A stretch of DNA of 64,000 nt from Eledone cirrhosa (taxonomy: Eukaryota): positions 28,396,001-28,460,000 of the forward strand of contig OZ024755.1 in NCBI GenBank assembly GCA_964016885.1, read 5' to 3'. Positions 1 to 13,129 of this stretch are shown in pieces. Numbering within the stretch: position 1 is the stretch's first letter; each line of letters opens with the position of its first letter. The position numbers and the translations under genes are program-made. The notes beneath the pieces were generated by a model that ran no database searches, was not told the DNA's origin, and saw nothing but the letters and a program-made list of their open reading frames with translations.

Positions 1-45
1 CGGCCAAATGAGCCTTCTGGCTTAAGACGGACTTTAGACTTAGAC
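1..45 (+). mobile_element. 3' tail of a V-domain tRNA-SINE (cut by the window edge)
   Basis: ggccaaatgagccttctggcttaagacggactttagactt nearly matches the 3' end of the SINE at 20979-21020. Confidence 0.7.
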
Positions 46-537
46 ATATGCATACTTGTATGTGTTGTATGTATGTGTGTAGGTTTTTACGATGTATGTT
101 GGTTTAAACTTTTCCTGTTTGCTTCTTCCCAAGACTCGTTATATAAGGACCACCTTAATATTTCCCAGTTTAAGAGAGTGGAATATAGAGTGTTACTCGT
201 CTGCCAGTTATTGGAGATCAAGTGGTTTCGTCTAGCCCTCCCTTCCTATGTCCTTTGTTTGCTAATATTTTATATAGTTACGCTAATTCTTTGTTTTCGT
301 TTGTGTTTGTGTGTTTGTTTGTTTGCTTTGTGGCATGGTTTCATTATACTTTCTGTGTGTTTAATTTCTTAATGAGGACGGAAGTGAAAAATTAAATTCC
401 CCAGCGCAGAACATCAAAACATGTTTCTATATAAAAAATAATATTAAGTTTCATGTAACCTTTAAGGGAATGAAGAAATATATATATATATATATATATA
501 AACACGCACATATATATAAATATATTTATGTGTATAC

Positions 538-567
<30 letters not shown>

Positions 568-568
<1 letters not shown>

Positions 569-773
569 ATTGATAGTACCAACAAGTAATTAGTAGTCGG
601 CAATAATGTCAAGGTCACACACTTGGTATAGCAAAAGAAGAAATCCGTTTCATGAAAACTTTTAAAAGCTTTAGCCTTACACGCTAGAGGAGGAAGTTGC
701 TTCTTATATAGATTGACTCTTTCTTACACACATACAACACACACACACTTACAAACCAAACTCACTTACACAC

Positions 774-843
<70 letters not shown>

Positions 844-897
844 TGTTATACTTTGGGAGGGTCATGTTGCCAATAAGAAAGTATAAATTCAGAAACG

Positions 898-993
<96 letters not shown>

Positions 994-1092
994 ATGTATA
1001 TCCATATAAGAAGCAATTTCCTCATCTAATGTGTAAGGCTAAAGCTTTTAAAAGGTTTCATGAAATGGATTTCTTCTTTTGCAATACCAAAT
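568..1092. mobile_element. Inverted pair of (TA)n-embedded inserts (probable PLE-type fold-back split by microsatellite and a later insert)
   Basis: 625-712 is the reverse complement of 1003-1090 with few mismatches; outer ends abut (TA)n. No hammerhead core is recognisable. Confidence 0.55.
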
Positions 1093-1099
1093 ATATATA

Positions 1100-1741
1100 T
1101 ATACAGTAATAACAAATGTGAAGTCTAAATTCCAAAGAGGGCTCGATAAGGATAAATATATATCAAATGTATAAGAACCATAGAGCAAATATTTATTAAA
1201 ATAACAGATTACAGAATTCCTGCTTTCACCCTTAACGGGATCTTCTGAAACCCCCCCAAAAATCAATCTGGGAATGCAGAAGTAAATATTTCGAAAAACA
1301 TTGCAACCGAAGGAAAACAAGAAGACGATTCTTCGGTGATTCTTCGGTTCGTGAAGACGTTCCCTGGCAATGGACGGAAAAAAGCGAAGATAATACGTCG
1401 TTATGTGGACCGATGAGAACAAATATACGCAATTTTAATAACCTCTGTCATTTTCGTTCAACTAATTTATTTCGGTGTCCTAAATAGAATATTAGTCTAA
1501 TGACTCTATTTATACCATAATTGTTTTTTTGTCTTTGCGTGTATTTGCTCTCATCGTTCCACATAACGACGTATCATCTTCGTTTTTTTCCGTCCATTTC
1601 CAGGGAATGTCTTCACTAACCAAAGGATCGTCTTCCTGTTTTCCTTCGGTTGCAACATCTTTTGAAATATTTACTTCTGCGTTCAAAGAATTGATTTTTT
1701 TTTAGAAAGCAGCGATTCTTTGCTTAAACTTTAATCTGTTA

Positions 1742-1750
<9 letters not shown>
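1100..1750. mobile_element. Fold-back insertion of hammerhead family D (long arm minus, short arm plus)
   Basis: About 1195-1410 is inverted at about 1555-1750. The minus arm has cagaaga-tcccgttaagggt-gaaag at 1222-1247. Homologous pieces lie at 20578-20712, 39738-39800, 42221-42290 and 49628-49730, all in or beside (TA)n. Confidence 0.7.
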
Positions 1751-1797
<47 letters not shown>

Positions 1798-1802
1798 CAC
1801 AC

Positions 1803-2076
1803 ACCTGATAGTTGCAAACTCATGTTCCAGCATTGCCATAGCCCGATAAAATGCTCAAAAATGTGAGGCACGAATGTGGCTCTTTAAACCAGCTAGAAAC
1901 TTGCACCCTCTGGCACATACATAGCAACTGTAGGCTTTTCTTGGACTCTCCATTGCTTTGTTCTGGCTGTGTGTTCTCATGTGTCTTTTAAGAGACCTTC
2001 CATGCTAGCACATTCCTTGCCGTATTCCTTACACCTTTTCAGATCATAATCTACACGAGGCCTGCTGATATGACAG
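1803..2076 (-). mobile_element. RTE-clade LINE 3' end with C2H2 zinc fingers
   Basis: The minus strand translates, with one frameshift, to ...CKEYGKECASMEGL/KRHMRTH...YSCYVCARGCKFLAGLKSHIRASHF*, followed by a short 3' UTR resembling those at 28995 and 38243. Confidence 0.65.
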
Positions 2077-2181
<105 letters not shown>

Positions 2182-2293
2182 TAAAAGAAATTCCAACTTT
2201 GTCTGATTTACTCGTTTTATTTACAATCCTTCAAAATTTATAATGGTATTAGAATGAAATAGTATGGTAGAATATTAAATGTTAAGTGTTAAT

Positions 2294-2332
2294 TGAACAA
2301 GTACTTTCATGCTTTCGCAATCTTCAGGTTCA
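2294..2332 (-). ncRNA. Minimal type I hammerhead ribozyme motif
   Basis: tgaac-CTGAAGA-ttgc-GAAA-gcatgaaagta-CTT-gttca: 5-bp stem I, vestigial stem II, stem III with one mismatch. Confidence 0.6.
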
Positions 2333-2401
2333 TAATGTGTGGTGACAGTCAAGTGTGCAATTTTCAACAATATACATATACATACACACGCATACATATA
2401 C

Positions 2402-2679
2402 GATAAGGATACGGAACAAGTATTCAGTGTTGCAGCATAACATATTTAATAACATATTACATATATTTCACTATCTTCAGCTCGAGGCAAGACCTATTAT
2501 AGATCGAACCTGACTCTGTAATCGAAAGATTGTCAGATATGCTGGCTATATGATCTCGTCTCCAATTCTATGTGTTACAGAGTCAGGTTCGATCTATAAT
2601 AGGTCTTCCCTCGAGCTGATCGATAGTGAAACATATGTAATATGTTATGATGCAACACTGAATTCTTTTTGCTTATCCT
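2402..2679. mobile_element. Fold-back insert with minimal hammerhead-like cores in both arms
   Basis: 2402-2521 is inverted at 2575-2679. Cores are ctgaaga-tagt-gaaat-atat-gta (minus) and ctgatcga-tagt-gaaac-atat-gta (plus, from 2616). Stem I is not evident. Confidence 0.55.
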
Positions 2680-2733
2680 TATAGTATTATACTCTGGTCT
2701 GCGCAATGGTCAACCTGCATACGCCTACCATAC

Positions 2734-2864
<131 letters not shown>

Positions 2865-3131
2865 ATGTAGAAAAGTAACACATGAGTTGATATATATACA
2901 AATAAATAGTAGATGGGAAAAACATTTTTCAGTAGAAAACGTTGAAGAAAATCTTTCAGTGAAATATCAAAAAATTAATTTATTTACAATACCGGTTTCA
3001 GCATTATATACAAGTTGCATATTTGTACAAATAGTGACAATAATAATAAAAAAAGAAGATTAATTTTCACATACATGTTTAGAGAAGAGAGTTCATTTCT
3101 CTGTCCATCCTTCTCTGTTAATAGCTTTATA

Positions 3132-3169
<38 letters not shown>

Positions 3170-3171
3170 TA

Positions 3172-3253
3172 TCGGAAATTTACAATAAATTGAAGAGAAA
3201 CCCAGCAAATCCGTGTACTTTTATATATTGGCACCATGACATTCCCAAAGTAT

Positions 3254-3324
<71 letters not shown>

Positions 3325-3489
3325 GAAGGAAATGTGGTAAGGAGCCAGGTGGACCATAACCCACCAAAGTACTCAATACTTAGGGTAGTAGAGTGGGTAA
3401 TAGGAACGAGTAGGACCCACTCTACTACCCTAAGTATTGAATACTTTGGTGCGTTATGGTCCACCTGGTTCCTTACCACATTTCCTTCG

Positions 3490-3552
<63 letters not shown>

Positions 3553-3900
3553 TACTTTGGGAATTTCATGGTGCCAATATATAAAAGTACACGGATTTGC
3601 TGGGTTTCTCTTCAATTTATTGTAAATTTCCGATCGGTTGGTTGGTTCGAGAACCGGGTGGCTGTCTATACCGTCAGCTTCACCCTCGCAACGTATGACA
3701 ATATCTGCTTCAATACTCGTTTTCAGATAAGAAATCTTGCAAAACAAATTCAAATAGATATTCAAAACAACGAACAGCGGAGGACGCGTTTCGCACCTTT
3801 CCGACAGACAACCTTTCCCCCACCCCGGAAAAAACCCCCCAGTTGATGGATGTGAATCCGAAATATTTAGGGACAATTAAATCTCTCCCAAGGTAACTCT
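3172..3900. mobile_element. Two opposed copies of (TA)n-insert family C around a family A palindrome
   Basis: 3172-3260 is the reverse complement of 3549-3633. The same terminus (ttgttatactttggg) recurs at 843 and 41384. The minus strand has gaaacgcgtc at 3783-3792, a hammerhead 3' half. Confidence 0.55.
3321..3492. mobile_element. Family A palindromic insert in (TA)n
   Basis: Two roughly 77-bp near-perfect inverted arms, each ending ...ccacatttccttcgtt(at)n. Confidence 0.8.
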
Positions 3901-4167
3901 CTCTCGTGTTGTTATTTTTATTTTATCCTTTATACTCTTTCCTTCATTCCTCTACACGTCTTATACACGCCACGCATCTCAACGTACACCCACTTCCATC
4001 TCTCTCTCCACCATCGGATCTTGTTACCCGGAGATTTACCCACTTGCATTGTCGAGGCTTCCAAACGACTTAAAGTAATTTACCTTATTATTCCACAATG
4101 CTTCAATCAAACTTCAATACTCTCTTAATTCAAATATATATACATATATACTCTCTTTCTCCACCCC

Positions 4168-4219
<52 letters not shown>

Positions 4220-4724
4220 GTAAAGTGTGTGCGCATTATAGGATCATGTCATCTATTTTCTTTGCTTATACTACACATAGGGCTACATTATCAACATGAA
4301 GTCTCATGTCACGACTCTTGTGAGAAGTTTTGTAGAATCAGCAACCCTACATTTCCTCAAGCATTTTTATTCAGATAATATTGAAACAGTTGATAGACTT
4401 TTGACATAACAGAAACTTCTGCTTCGGTATTGTTGTTTCTTTCTTTCCCTAATAATGTAATACAGGTAAATGTATGTGTGTGTGGTTGAGTATATATTTA
4501 TAGAATTTCTTTTTTTTCCTCTTGCGACGTTTTTAACAACTGTTGATGAATAATTGTCTCTACACATTTGAACATGTCGTTAACGATGCAATTAATATGG
4601 CAGAATCTAGCTTGCAAGTGCCATGCATTAGTTGCTGCATTACTTCTAGTCTAGTTTAATTTCTCTAAATATCAACCAGCTTCTTTCCCGGATATGAAGT
4701 AATTCGAGCTCTATCATATGAATT

Positions 4725-5475
4725 ATCCCTTTACGGTCTGAGTTCAAATCCCGTTGAGGTTAACTTTGCTTTTCATCCTTACGGGGTCGATAAAATAAAG
4801 TACCAGTAATGTACTGGGTAATTGTTGGCCTTGTGCCAAAAGTAGAAACAATTATTTTTGGATTGGCCGTAGTATCGGTAGAGGATCGGATGTCATGCTT
4901 TGATGCATAGAGTTACAGCCCGTTACGTTCTGAGTTCAAATCCGTCCGAGGTTAACTTTGCCTTTCATCCTTACGGGGTCAATAAAATAAAGTACCAGTA
5001 ATGCATTGGGGTCAATAAAATAAAGAACCAGTAATGCACTGTAATAATTGCTGGCCTGGTGCCGTAAATAGAAACAATTATTTTTGGATTGGCAGTATCG
5101 GGAGAGGGTCGGACGCCATGCTTTGCAGCATAGAGTTACGGCCACTTACGGTCTGAGTTCAAATCCCGCCGAGGTTAACTTTGCTTTTCATCCTTAAGGG
5201 ATCGATAAGATAAAGCCCCAGTAATGCACTGGGTAATTGCTGGCCTTGTGCCAAAAGTAGAAACAATTATTTTAAAGAATTATCATGGAGGCGGATTGGC
5301 AATACCATTAAAGTATCGAAGAATAGCCTTTGCGTCATATAGTTACGTACCTTTACGTTCTAAGATAAAATCTATTTTTTTCCGTTTAGCTTTGCCTTCC
5401 ATCCTTACGAGGTTGATAAAATAAAGTACCAGTCAAATACTGGGCCCAATATAATTGACGTTTCTCTCCCCACAC
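4725..5475 (+). mobile_element. Head-to-tail array of four Meta-domain tRNA-SINEs
   Basis: Repeated tggcagtatcggtag (A box), gagttcaaatccc (B box), gcctttcatccttacggggtcgataaaataaagtaccag (Meta-type domain) and tail ggccttgtgccaaaagtagaaacaatt. The last copy is older and longer. Confidence 0.85.
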
Positions 5476-5974
5476 ATGCTGGTCTTCTGCCTATGAATAA
5501 TTTCTAAGAGTTCTGTTAATTTAAAATGTGATTGATCGACTATCTATTGAAAGACATCCTAGCTAATACGAGATACTCAGCCTGGCTTCAGTTTCGTCTA
5601 GAAATAGCAACCAAATTTCCCTCAAATCACACCATTAAATTATTACGATGTAGCAGCAGATGTAATAAATACCATATTTAAATGTGTGCAAGAATTCTTT
5701 ATAAAAAGAATCACCATTCATTTTCCTTGATGCATTTTCCAATGATGCAGGCATTATTTTATTACGAAATTGAATTAATTTTCAAATTAATCATTTCTAC
5801 TGTTATATTTTCTCTTTTTTTCACGGCTATTATCGTCGTCCACAAACTGTTTCGAGTATTACACAAAAGAAATAAAAATTGCTTTCATATAATATGATTT
5901 CGCTTATTTGAAAACTATAAGAAAATATGAAAGCAGATAATTTTCGACTTGTCCATACGTTTTCATCTACAATA

Positions 5975-6960
5975 ATAGTTTCTACTTTTGGCACAAGGCC
6001 TGCAATTAATCCAGGACATTACTGGTGTGCTATTTTATTGACCCTGTAAGGATGAAAGGCAAAGTTAACCTTGGCGAGATTTCAACTCAGACCGTAAAGG
6101 GTCATAACTCTATGCTGCAAAGCATGGTGTCAGACGCTCTGCTCTACCGATACTGCCACTTCACCGCCCTAATACATAATAATTGTTTCTACTTTAGGCA
6201 CAAGACCAGTAATTATCCCAGTGCATTACTGGTACTTTATTTTATCGACCCCGTAAGGATGAAAGGCAAAGTCAACCTCGGCGGGATTTGAACTCAGATC
6301 GTAAAGGGACGTAACTATGCTGGAAAGCATGGCGTCCGACTCTCTACCGATACTGCCACTTCACCGCCCTAATACATAATAATAACAACATGTATATGAG
6401 TGTGAGTGAGTGAGTGAGTGAGTGTCAGTTTCTCTGTCGGTGATTGTCTCTGTGTGTGGTGGTGGTGGTGGTGGGGGGTGCAGTAATGCGGGAGAATATA
6501 CTATTTTCGAATCCTCCATAAAATAGAATACTAGTCAAGTACAGAAGTCGTGATAGTCTATTGCTGCAAAGCATGGCATCCGACGCTCTACCGATACTGC
6601 CAATCCACTTCCTTTCAATAATTGTTTCTACTTTTGGCACAAGGCCAGTAATTATCCCAGTACATTACTGGTACTTTATTTTATCGACCCCGTAAGGAGG
6701 ATGAAAGCTAAAGTTAACCATGGCAGGATTTGAACTCAGAAAGTAAACCGCCATAACTCTATGCTGCAAAGCATTGTTACTGACGCTCTACCGATACTGC
6801 CAATCCATCTACAATAATTGTTTCTACTTGTGACACAAGGCCAGTAATTATAATCAGTGCATTACTGGTACTTTATTTTATCGACCCTGTAAGGATGAAA
6901 GGCTAAGTTAACCTCGGCGGGATTTGAACTCAGAGTGTAAACGGCCGTAACTCTATGCTG
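5975..6960 (-). mobile_element. Cluster of 4-5 Meta-domain SINE copies
   Basis: Reverse-complement copies at about 5975-6170, 6180-6370, 6560-6606 (head only), 6619-6806 and 6815-6960. Confidence 0.85.
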
Positions 6961-7289
6961 TCGATTTTTTCATATATCTCGTTTGATTTTTCTGCCACAT
7001 TCTGAACGTAAAATCGTGTGTTTAAACAAATATGTTTTGTCCTATGGGAGAATCATTGCAACAATAAATTCATATGCAGTGTTGCTTTTCAATTCCGCCT
7101 TATTAGTCAAATAGAAAATCAATTTATTAATGAACTGATTAATTGGTTTTCAAATATCCTTTGTCATGGCTTCTGATGTGTTCGATTTGTATGTGCCCAT
7201 CGTTCAAATCCTCCTTAACAGCATTTAATTTATGTTCTTTGTTTGACAATCAGTATCCCATTGAGCAGTTTCTGAGAGACGAACAGTCA

Positions 7290-7405
7290 AGACTGTGGGG
7301 TTAAGGAATTGGTGTAGCTTCGGGTTTAGTCCTACATGTCGACTGTGGGGTTAAGGGATTGGTGAAGCAATAATGTAGCTTCGGATTTAGTCCTACATGT
7401 CGACG
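7290..7405. repeat. Local tandem duplication (about 50-60 bp, twice)
   Basis: gactgtggggttaagg(a/g)attggtg...tagcttcgg(g/a)tttagtcctacatgtc occurs twice. Confidence 0.8.
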
Positions 7406-7545
7406 TCTCATATTAAAGACTCGAGTTTACCAATGTTCGTGAGAGGAATTTGGTCCTGAAACACGCCATACAAACACACACAGACAAATATAGATAGATA
7501 GATAGATATTCATACATACATACATACATTTATGTTGACTCGCTG

Positions 7546-7592
7546 TCTTATCTGATGACCTTGTGAGTACACAGGTGAAACTTCTGAATAAC
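7546..7592 (+). ncRNA. Degenerate hammerhead motif
   Basis: CTGATGA (7552) - cc(t)tgtg agta cacagg-t - GAAAC; the cleavage triplet is not intact. Confidence 0.4.
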
Positions 7593-7674
7593 AATATATA
7601 TCCCGTACCGATATTATAGAATCATATCTATATCTATATCTATATATATCTATATATATCTATATATATCTATA

Positions 7675-7747
<73 letters not shown>

Positions 7748-8899
7748 AATTTTCAGTATAAATATATAACAAATTATTGAGGCAACAGATTATTAGTCGT
7801 TCGAAGTCTACTCAATCATGAACAATATTTAAAAGGCGTTCGGGTAATGACTCGCTAGGATACATAATATTTAAAGAGTAATATGATTCATGGAACATTG
7901 GCCTTGTAATGATGTTTAAAAAGAATCAACAACACTGAGCTTTGATTTTATTCACAATATAATGTACAGTACATTATTTGGATTTTCTTTTTACTGTCTG
8001 TTGGTTAAATAGTTAACCTAATTTGTCATTTTGACAGTTGTAAACAGAGGTAAAATTTAGTTCAATGTTGGTGCTACAATATATGTAATATTGAGCTAAT
8101 ATATTGACTAGAGAAATAATCTATCAGCGTTAAATAATGCTAGACCTGACGAACAAATCTGTGCTACACTGGCAGTGAACATATTATTTAACATCTAAAT
8201 GGAGTATAACTATTGTTTGCAAGGATAAGAAGGTAAGCAAATTCATTTGACACTACCTATATCTCAACGACATATACAACTGAAGGCTATACATGGTGCA
8301 GTGGTTGTTTATGAGACGCATCTTGTTGGCCTAACTTCCCGTTCCAGCGGCAATTTAATACGATTTTTACAGATATTTTGGGCAAAGTTTCATGCTGATA
8401 CTTGATAGTTATATTCATGCCTCTGAGATAACTAATAGTTATTAATATAGAAAATATGACTAAATAAACCACTGAAATGCCACGACTGAAACGCTATGTA
8501 TTTGGGTTTCACTTGGTGTTAACCAATAATTATGCCACAAAACTCAACCTAGAAACGAATTTGTAAATCTTACTACATACGGCGCAAGACGCTTGACTTC
8601 ATTCTATTTCACCTGCATGCGTGATCGATATAGATAATACAATTCTTTAAATCAATGTTAACTGTTATTGAAGCATATAAACAAACAAACAGCATTTACG
8701 TTGCTTTGAATGCTAAGAATCAATTAGTATGAAAAACATAACAACAAAGAAAATATAATGGTATAATTGTTTTTGAGAAAGTGAATACAACTTTTCAGAA
8801 ATATGAAAAGTGAGCTAATATATTTCGTTATCGAAGGTAATATATATTTTATTGATAATATTGATTTTTATTAATATTCGATTGCGTGACAACAAAATC

Positions 8900-9205
8900 C
8901 GATGAATAATATAAAACATACTGGAGTAAAGAATAGAACATTTCGTAGACAATTAATTTGAAGAAGAAAACCATGTATATTAGAAGAAGCGAGGAATATT
9001 CGTTTCAGCAATACTATTTCTACATCCCACAACATGGGCAAAGAACCAGAAGCATTCAAAACTATATGAAATATATTGGGAGTTGCTTTAATCATGACAT
9101 TCGACTGAAAAAGAGTGAAATATATACGTGAAGCAGCCAGGGACAGTGAGGCATGGAGATCTATTACTGAAGCCAACCCACGTTCCACCTACACCAATAG
9201 AGCCA
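8900..9205 (+). mobile_element. Highly decayed RTE-like 3' end
   Basis: 9130-9170 translates EAARDSEAWRSIT, resembling the RTE C-terminal (M/A)xDRxxWRxxV motif. Upstream sequence is full of stops. Confidence 0.35.
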
Positions 9206-9451
9206 AGTTAATTATCATCATATATATGCAAGAGAAAGAATTAATATTGCTTCCTTTCTGCTAATAAAAAAAAAACGACAATATATATTGTAGTAAAACA
9301 GGGTAACTTTAGTGTGGCATTGAAAACATTGTCGAGAATGTTAAACATGTGTCAATATATTTGATTATTGAATGCAATAGAAATATTATTGATAACCTAC
9401 CACATCAATATATATTATGGAGCGAAAGCAAATGTTGGAGATCGATATGAA

Positions 9452-9651
9452 NNNNNNNNNNNNNNNNNNNNNNNNNNNNNNNNNNNNNNNNNNNNNNNNN
9501 NNNNNNNNNNNNNNNNNNNNNNNNNNNNNNNNNNNNNNNNNNNNNNNNNNNNNNNNNNNNNNNNNNNNNNNNNNNNNNNNNNNNNNNNNNNNNNNNNNNN
9601 NNNNNNNNNNNNNNNNNNNNNNNNNNNNNNNNNNNNNNNNNNNNNNNNNNN
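9452..9651. other. Assembly gap (200 N)
   Basis: Run of exactly 200 N. Confidence 0.99.
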
Positions 9652-10150
9652 GATGGAAAGACAGATTATACGGATCCACAGATACACACATACAAAATAA
9701 TATAGTAATTTTATTTTTAATATAGAAATAATAAAAAGGAAGGAGGAAACGAAAGGATAGAAAGAATAGGGAAATATAGAAACAAAAAGAGGAGAGAAAG
9801 ACAGAAGAAAAAGATCGGGAAGGAGAGGTGGTGAAAGGGGAGGGTGATTGGATTTTGGGTCTAGGGTAGAAGTGCTGCGCCCCGCTGATAAGACGGCAAA
9901 AGTATTCCCCCGTACGATGGCCAATGACACCTGCTGCAACAGCCAACCAACCTCGCGTGGCTCCCTCCTCAGACGGGGTACCGGCGCTCCGAACTTGCGA
10001 AGGAGCTTGACAGTACGGAGTCCGAGTATGCCTGAGGTCTCGTCGGCGACAGGTACAAAGAGAAAGCGGCGGGACAAACCCCGGTATTTGTTTATTCTGT
10101 GTTCTTCTGCGAGACGGTCTGCAAAAGAGCAAGGGTGTACCGTACCCCAC
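9652..10150 (-). mobile_element. CRE-clade non-LTR retrotransposon 3' fragment (restriction-like endonuclease end)
   Basis: AEEHRINKYRGLSRRFLFVPVADETSGILG...LLRKFG...REVGWLLQQVSLAIVRGNTFAVL fits the CRE pattern AExxKxxKY..FxPxxxETxG..LxQxxSxAxxRGN. Confidence 0.75.
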
Positions 10151-10896
10151 AAGAATCCATTCACCCTTATACTCACATACACTTGCACATACATTCATGC
10201 ACGCGTATAAATATAAATCCATACACATTCATATTGCATAAAGGAAAAGACACACAAAAGCACAAAAAATAAAAAACCTAGAATTTCATTCAAACAAATT
10301 CAACTACCCACGCAGAACATAATTTGTACACAACTAAATATTCACTTTCAATAAATTTTACATTTTCAATTCTCTCAACTTTGACCAAACGTCCTCCAAC
10401 TTCTCCTCTCTTACAGATTTGTTTACTCGTAAACTATGTTGTTGGCCAATGAAACTTGTTTCTATATTTTCAAGTTAGTTTCTTCCTCGTAACAAGCGTA
10501 TTTATATAGTTATCTCTACGTCGTTTATATCAAATACACAATGACATACTCTCTCTCTCTCTTTCTTTTTCCTACTCACTGTCCAGGAATCGCTTTTGTA
10601 TTTCACTCTCTGCATTACAGCTTCTTATTGGTCTCTATATAATGAGTAGAATAAAAATATATCGGACGCCCACACAAGTAGACAATACGCGTAGACACAA
10701 TGCACACACACACACCGCGCGCGCACACGCACAAATACATACACACACGTGTATCTGTGTGTGCGTGCGTGTGTGTGTGTGTCAGAGAGAGAATATAACC
10801 TCAGTAATGTCAGTCACACTAATGATTAATTAATATCAGTTTCTCACCACTATTCCACCACTTCTCAAATATTTCCCTAACATTTTTGCAACTGGT

Positions 10897-10946
<50 letters not shown>

Positions 10947-11404
10947 CTGATGCTTGCTAGAGTTGATACGAGGTAAGGACAGATACATGACTTAAACACA
11001 AGGCCTCACTCACACTATACATCTCTTCTGCACTCCCATATCTCCACCAACGATAGACCCGCACACACTGCACCACTATTGCACATATACACGGATGTTT
11101 AACTCCGTGCACACATACATCACTGCACATTTCACTGCACCTGATCAAGCCTGCACTTTTTCAACAAAAAAAAAAAAGACGCTCACCGTTCTTTTTTTAA
11201 TTTTTTCTTTGTATCCCAGTCTTTCTCTTCTAACTTCACTCTTTTCCGATAAAGGGCTAACATCTGTTACGCTGAGACATTGTTACTATTTATCACAAAC
11301 ATGAAATTAATAATTGTAAATGATCTGCATGACTATATCCTTTTTAATACTTACCCCCTCTCTCTCTCTCTCTCTCTCAATATATATATATATATATATA
11401 TATA

Positions 11405-11576
11405 TAGGAACGAGTAGGACCCCGACGGCTGAGCTCAAGCCGTTTCGACGGCTAATTCTGGACTAAATCTAGATTTAGTCCAGAATTAGCCGTCGGGGTC
11501 CTACTCGTTCTTATTACCCACTCTACTACCCTAAGTATTGAGTACTTTGGTGCGTTATGGTCCACATTTCCTCCCG

Positions 11577-11578
<2 letters not shown>
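11405..11578. mobile_element. Family A fold-back insert in (TA)n
   Basis: Short minus arm starting ataggaacgag, centre tctaga, long plus arm with gtattgagtac; internal deletions. Confidence 0.8.
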
Positions 11579-11621
<43 letters not shown>

Positions 11622-11789
11622 ACAAAAGCAAATACTACATCTACTAGTATCATACGGAAGCATTGAAATAATTATAATGAATGTACGCTTTATGTAATCG
11701 CAGCACCTTTCTTAATGTTATTCTGATACTGAATTTCCATCTTAACTCACTACGAATGCAAAGAGCTTTCTTGTGCTTACCAAAACAAC

Positions 11790-12281
11790 TGTAGTGACCT
11801 ACATTCCGCGGGCTCACATACATTCTCTGTGCGTGATTTGGCTCAGCTCAGCCAATCAGCGCCAGTAGAAGAGGATGTATCCCTACGCGTTCTGAGGGAG
11901 AAATAGCCCGCAAAGATTTGAGGACGCCACCACTTCCAAGCTAGACGACTTCCAGGCTATATGACTCGCAGCTTCGACCGTGCTAAGGTAAACAACCATT
12001 TTTCTTGCGCCGTGAAATCACTAGCCAATATGTAACACAACGATTTAACCACGGCCTGGCAACGCTTCTCTCAGCCAGTAGCCCGTGTCTTTCTGGAATC
12101 TTAATTCGTTTGTTTAATTTCTCTTGGCATGCCAGCTCAACCTTTGTTAATAAATAACGTAAAAACAAGCTAAAGTCGTGGTCGATATTCCTATCATATC
12201 TTTCTACCAAACCTGGTTCCTCGTGGCAACCTTACCAACTTCTAAATACTTCTCCGCTAAATTGGTGACTTATATACTACA
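11790..12281 (+). mobile_element. Possible solo LTR
   Basis: TGTAGT...ACTACA termini, CCAAT near 11851, TATA-like ggctatat near 11955, AATAAA near 12150 and PBS-like tggtgac at 12263. No matching TSD. Confidence 0.35.
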
Positions 12282-12414
12282 AAGAGAAACATTCATTTCC
12301 TTTACAACTTTTACTGAACACACACATATACACACACACACAAACACACACACACAAACACAAACACACACACACACACATATAGTTATAATGAAAGAGA
12401 GAGAGAGAGAGAGA

Positions 12415-12461
<47 letters not shown>

Positions 12462-13061
12462 AGAGACAACGTGATCAATTAGATTATCATTTGATCCCCC
12501 TTTCATCACATTCAAATCAGTTGAGATCAGTATGACATAAGAGATTATTAACATCTGTATAGGAACTCAGTTATTTTCCTTAAAGTATGGAATTACCTGA
12601 TATATCGACACAGTTGACACACAGACGTACGAAATAATGCATTACGATGTATCAGTAATTTTTCTTTGATACATATTATGCTTACCAAACTAATTATACT
12701 AGATTAACTACATCTAATGTCTTCCATAATTTGTCATATTTGATTATACCGTTGCTGTTGATAATTATGAAACGAACCTAACAGGAAACAAATATGGTCA
12801 CTCTTTTGTCGAGAAATTATAGTAGTGCTAACTAAATATCTGAGCCTGATCGAGCCATTCCCAACTCGATGCGAGAGCTTCTGATATAATGATTACTAAC
12901 GAGGCTCTATGTGATAAAAAAAACATATGTTGATGACCTCTAATAATATGCGTACATGCATAAACAAACGCATACTTATATATGTCATAACTATTCCTTA
13001 TATATTTACCGACCATCAGGCAGGATGTGAAATGAAAAAAAGGAAGAATCATTTGCGTATA

Positions 13062-13129
<68 letters not shown>

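Noticed and set aside
9368-9725. ORFs spanning 9368-9725
   Set aside because: They are open only because they cross the N gap.
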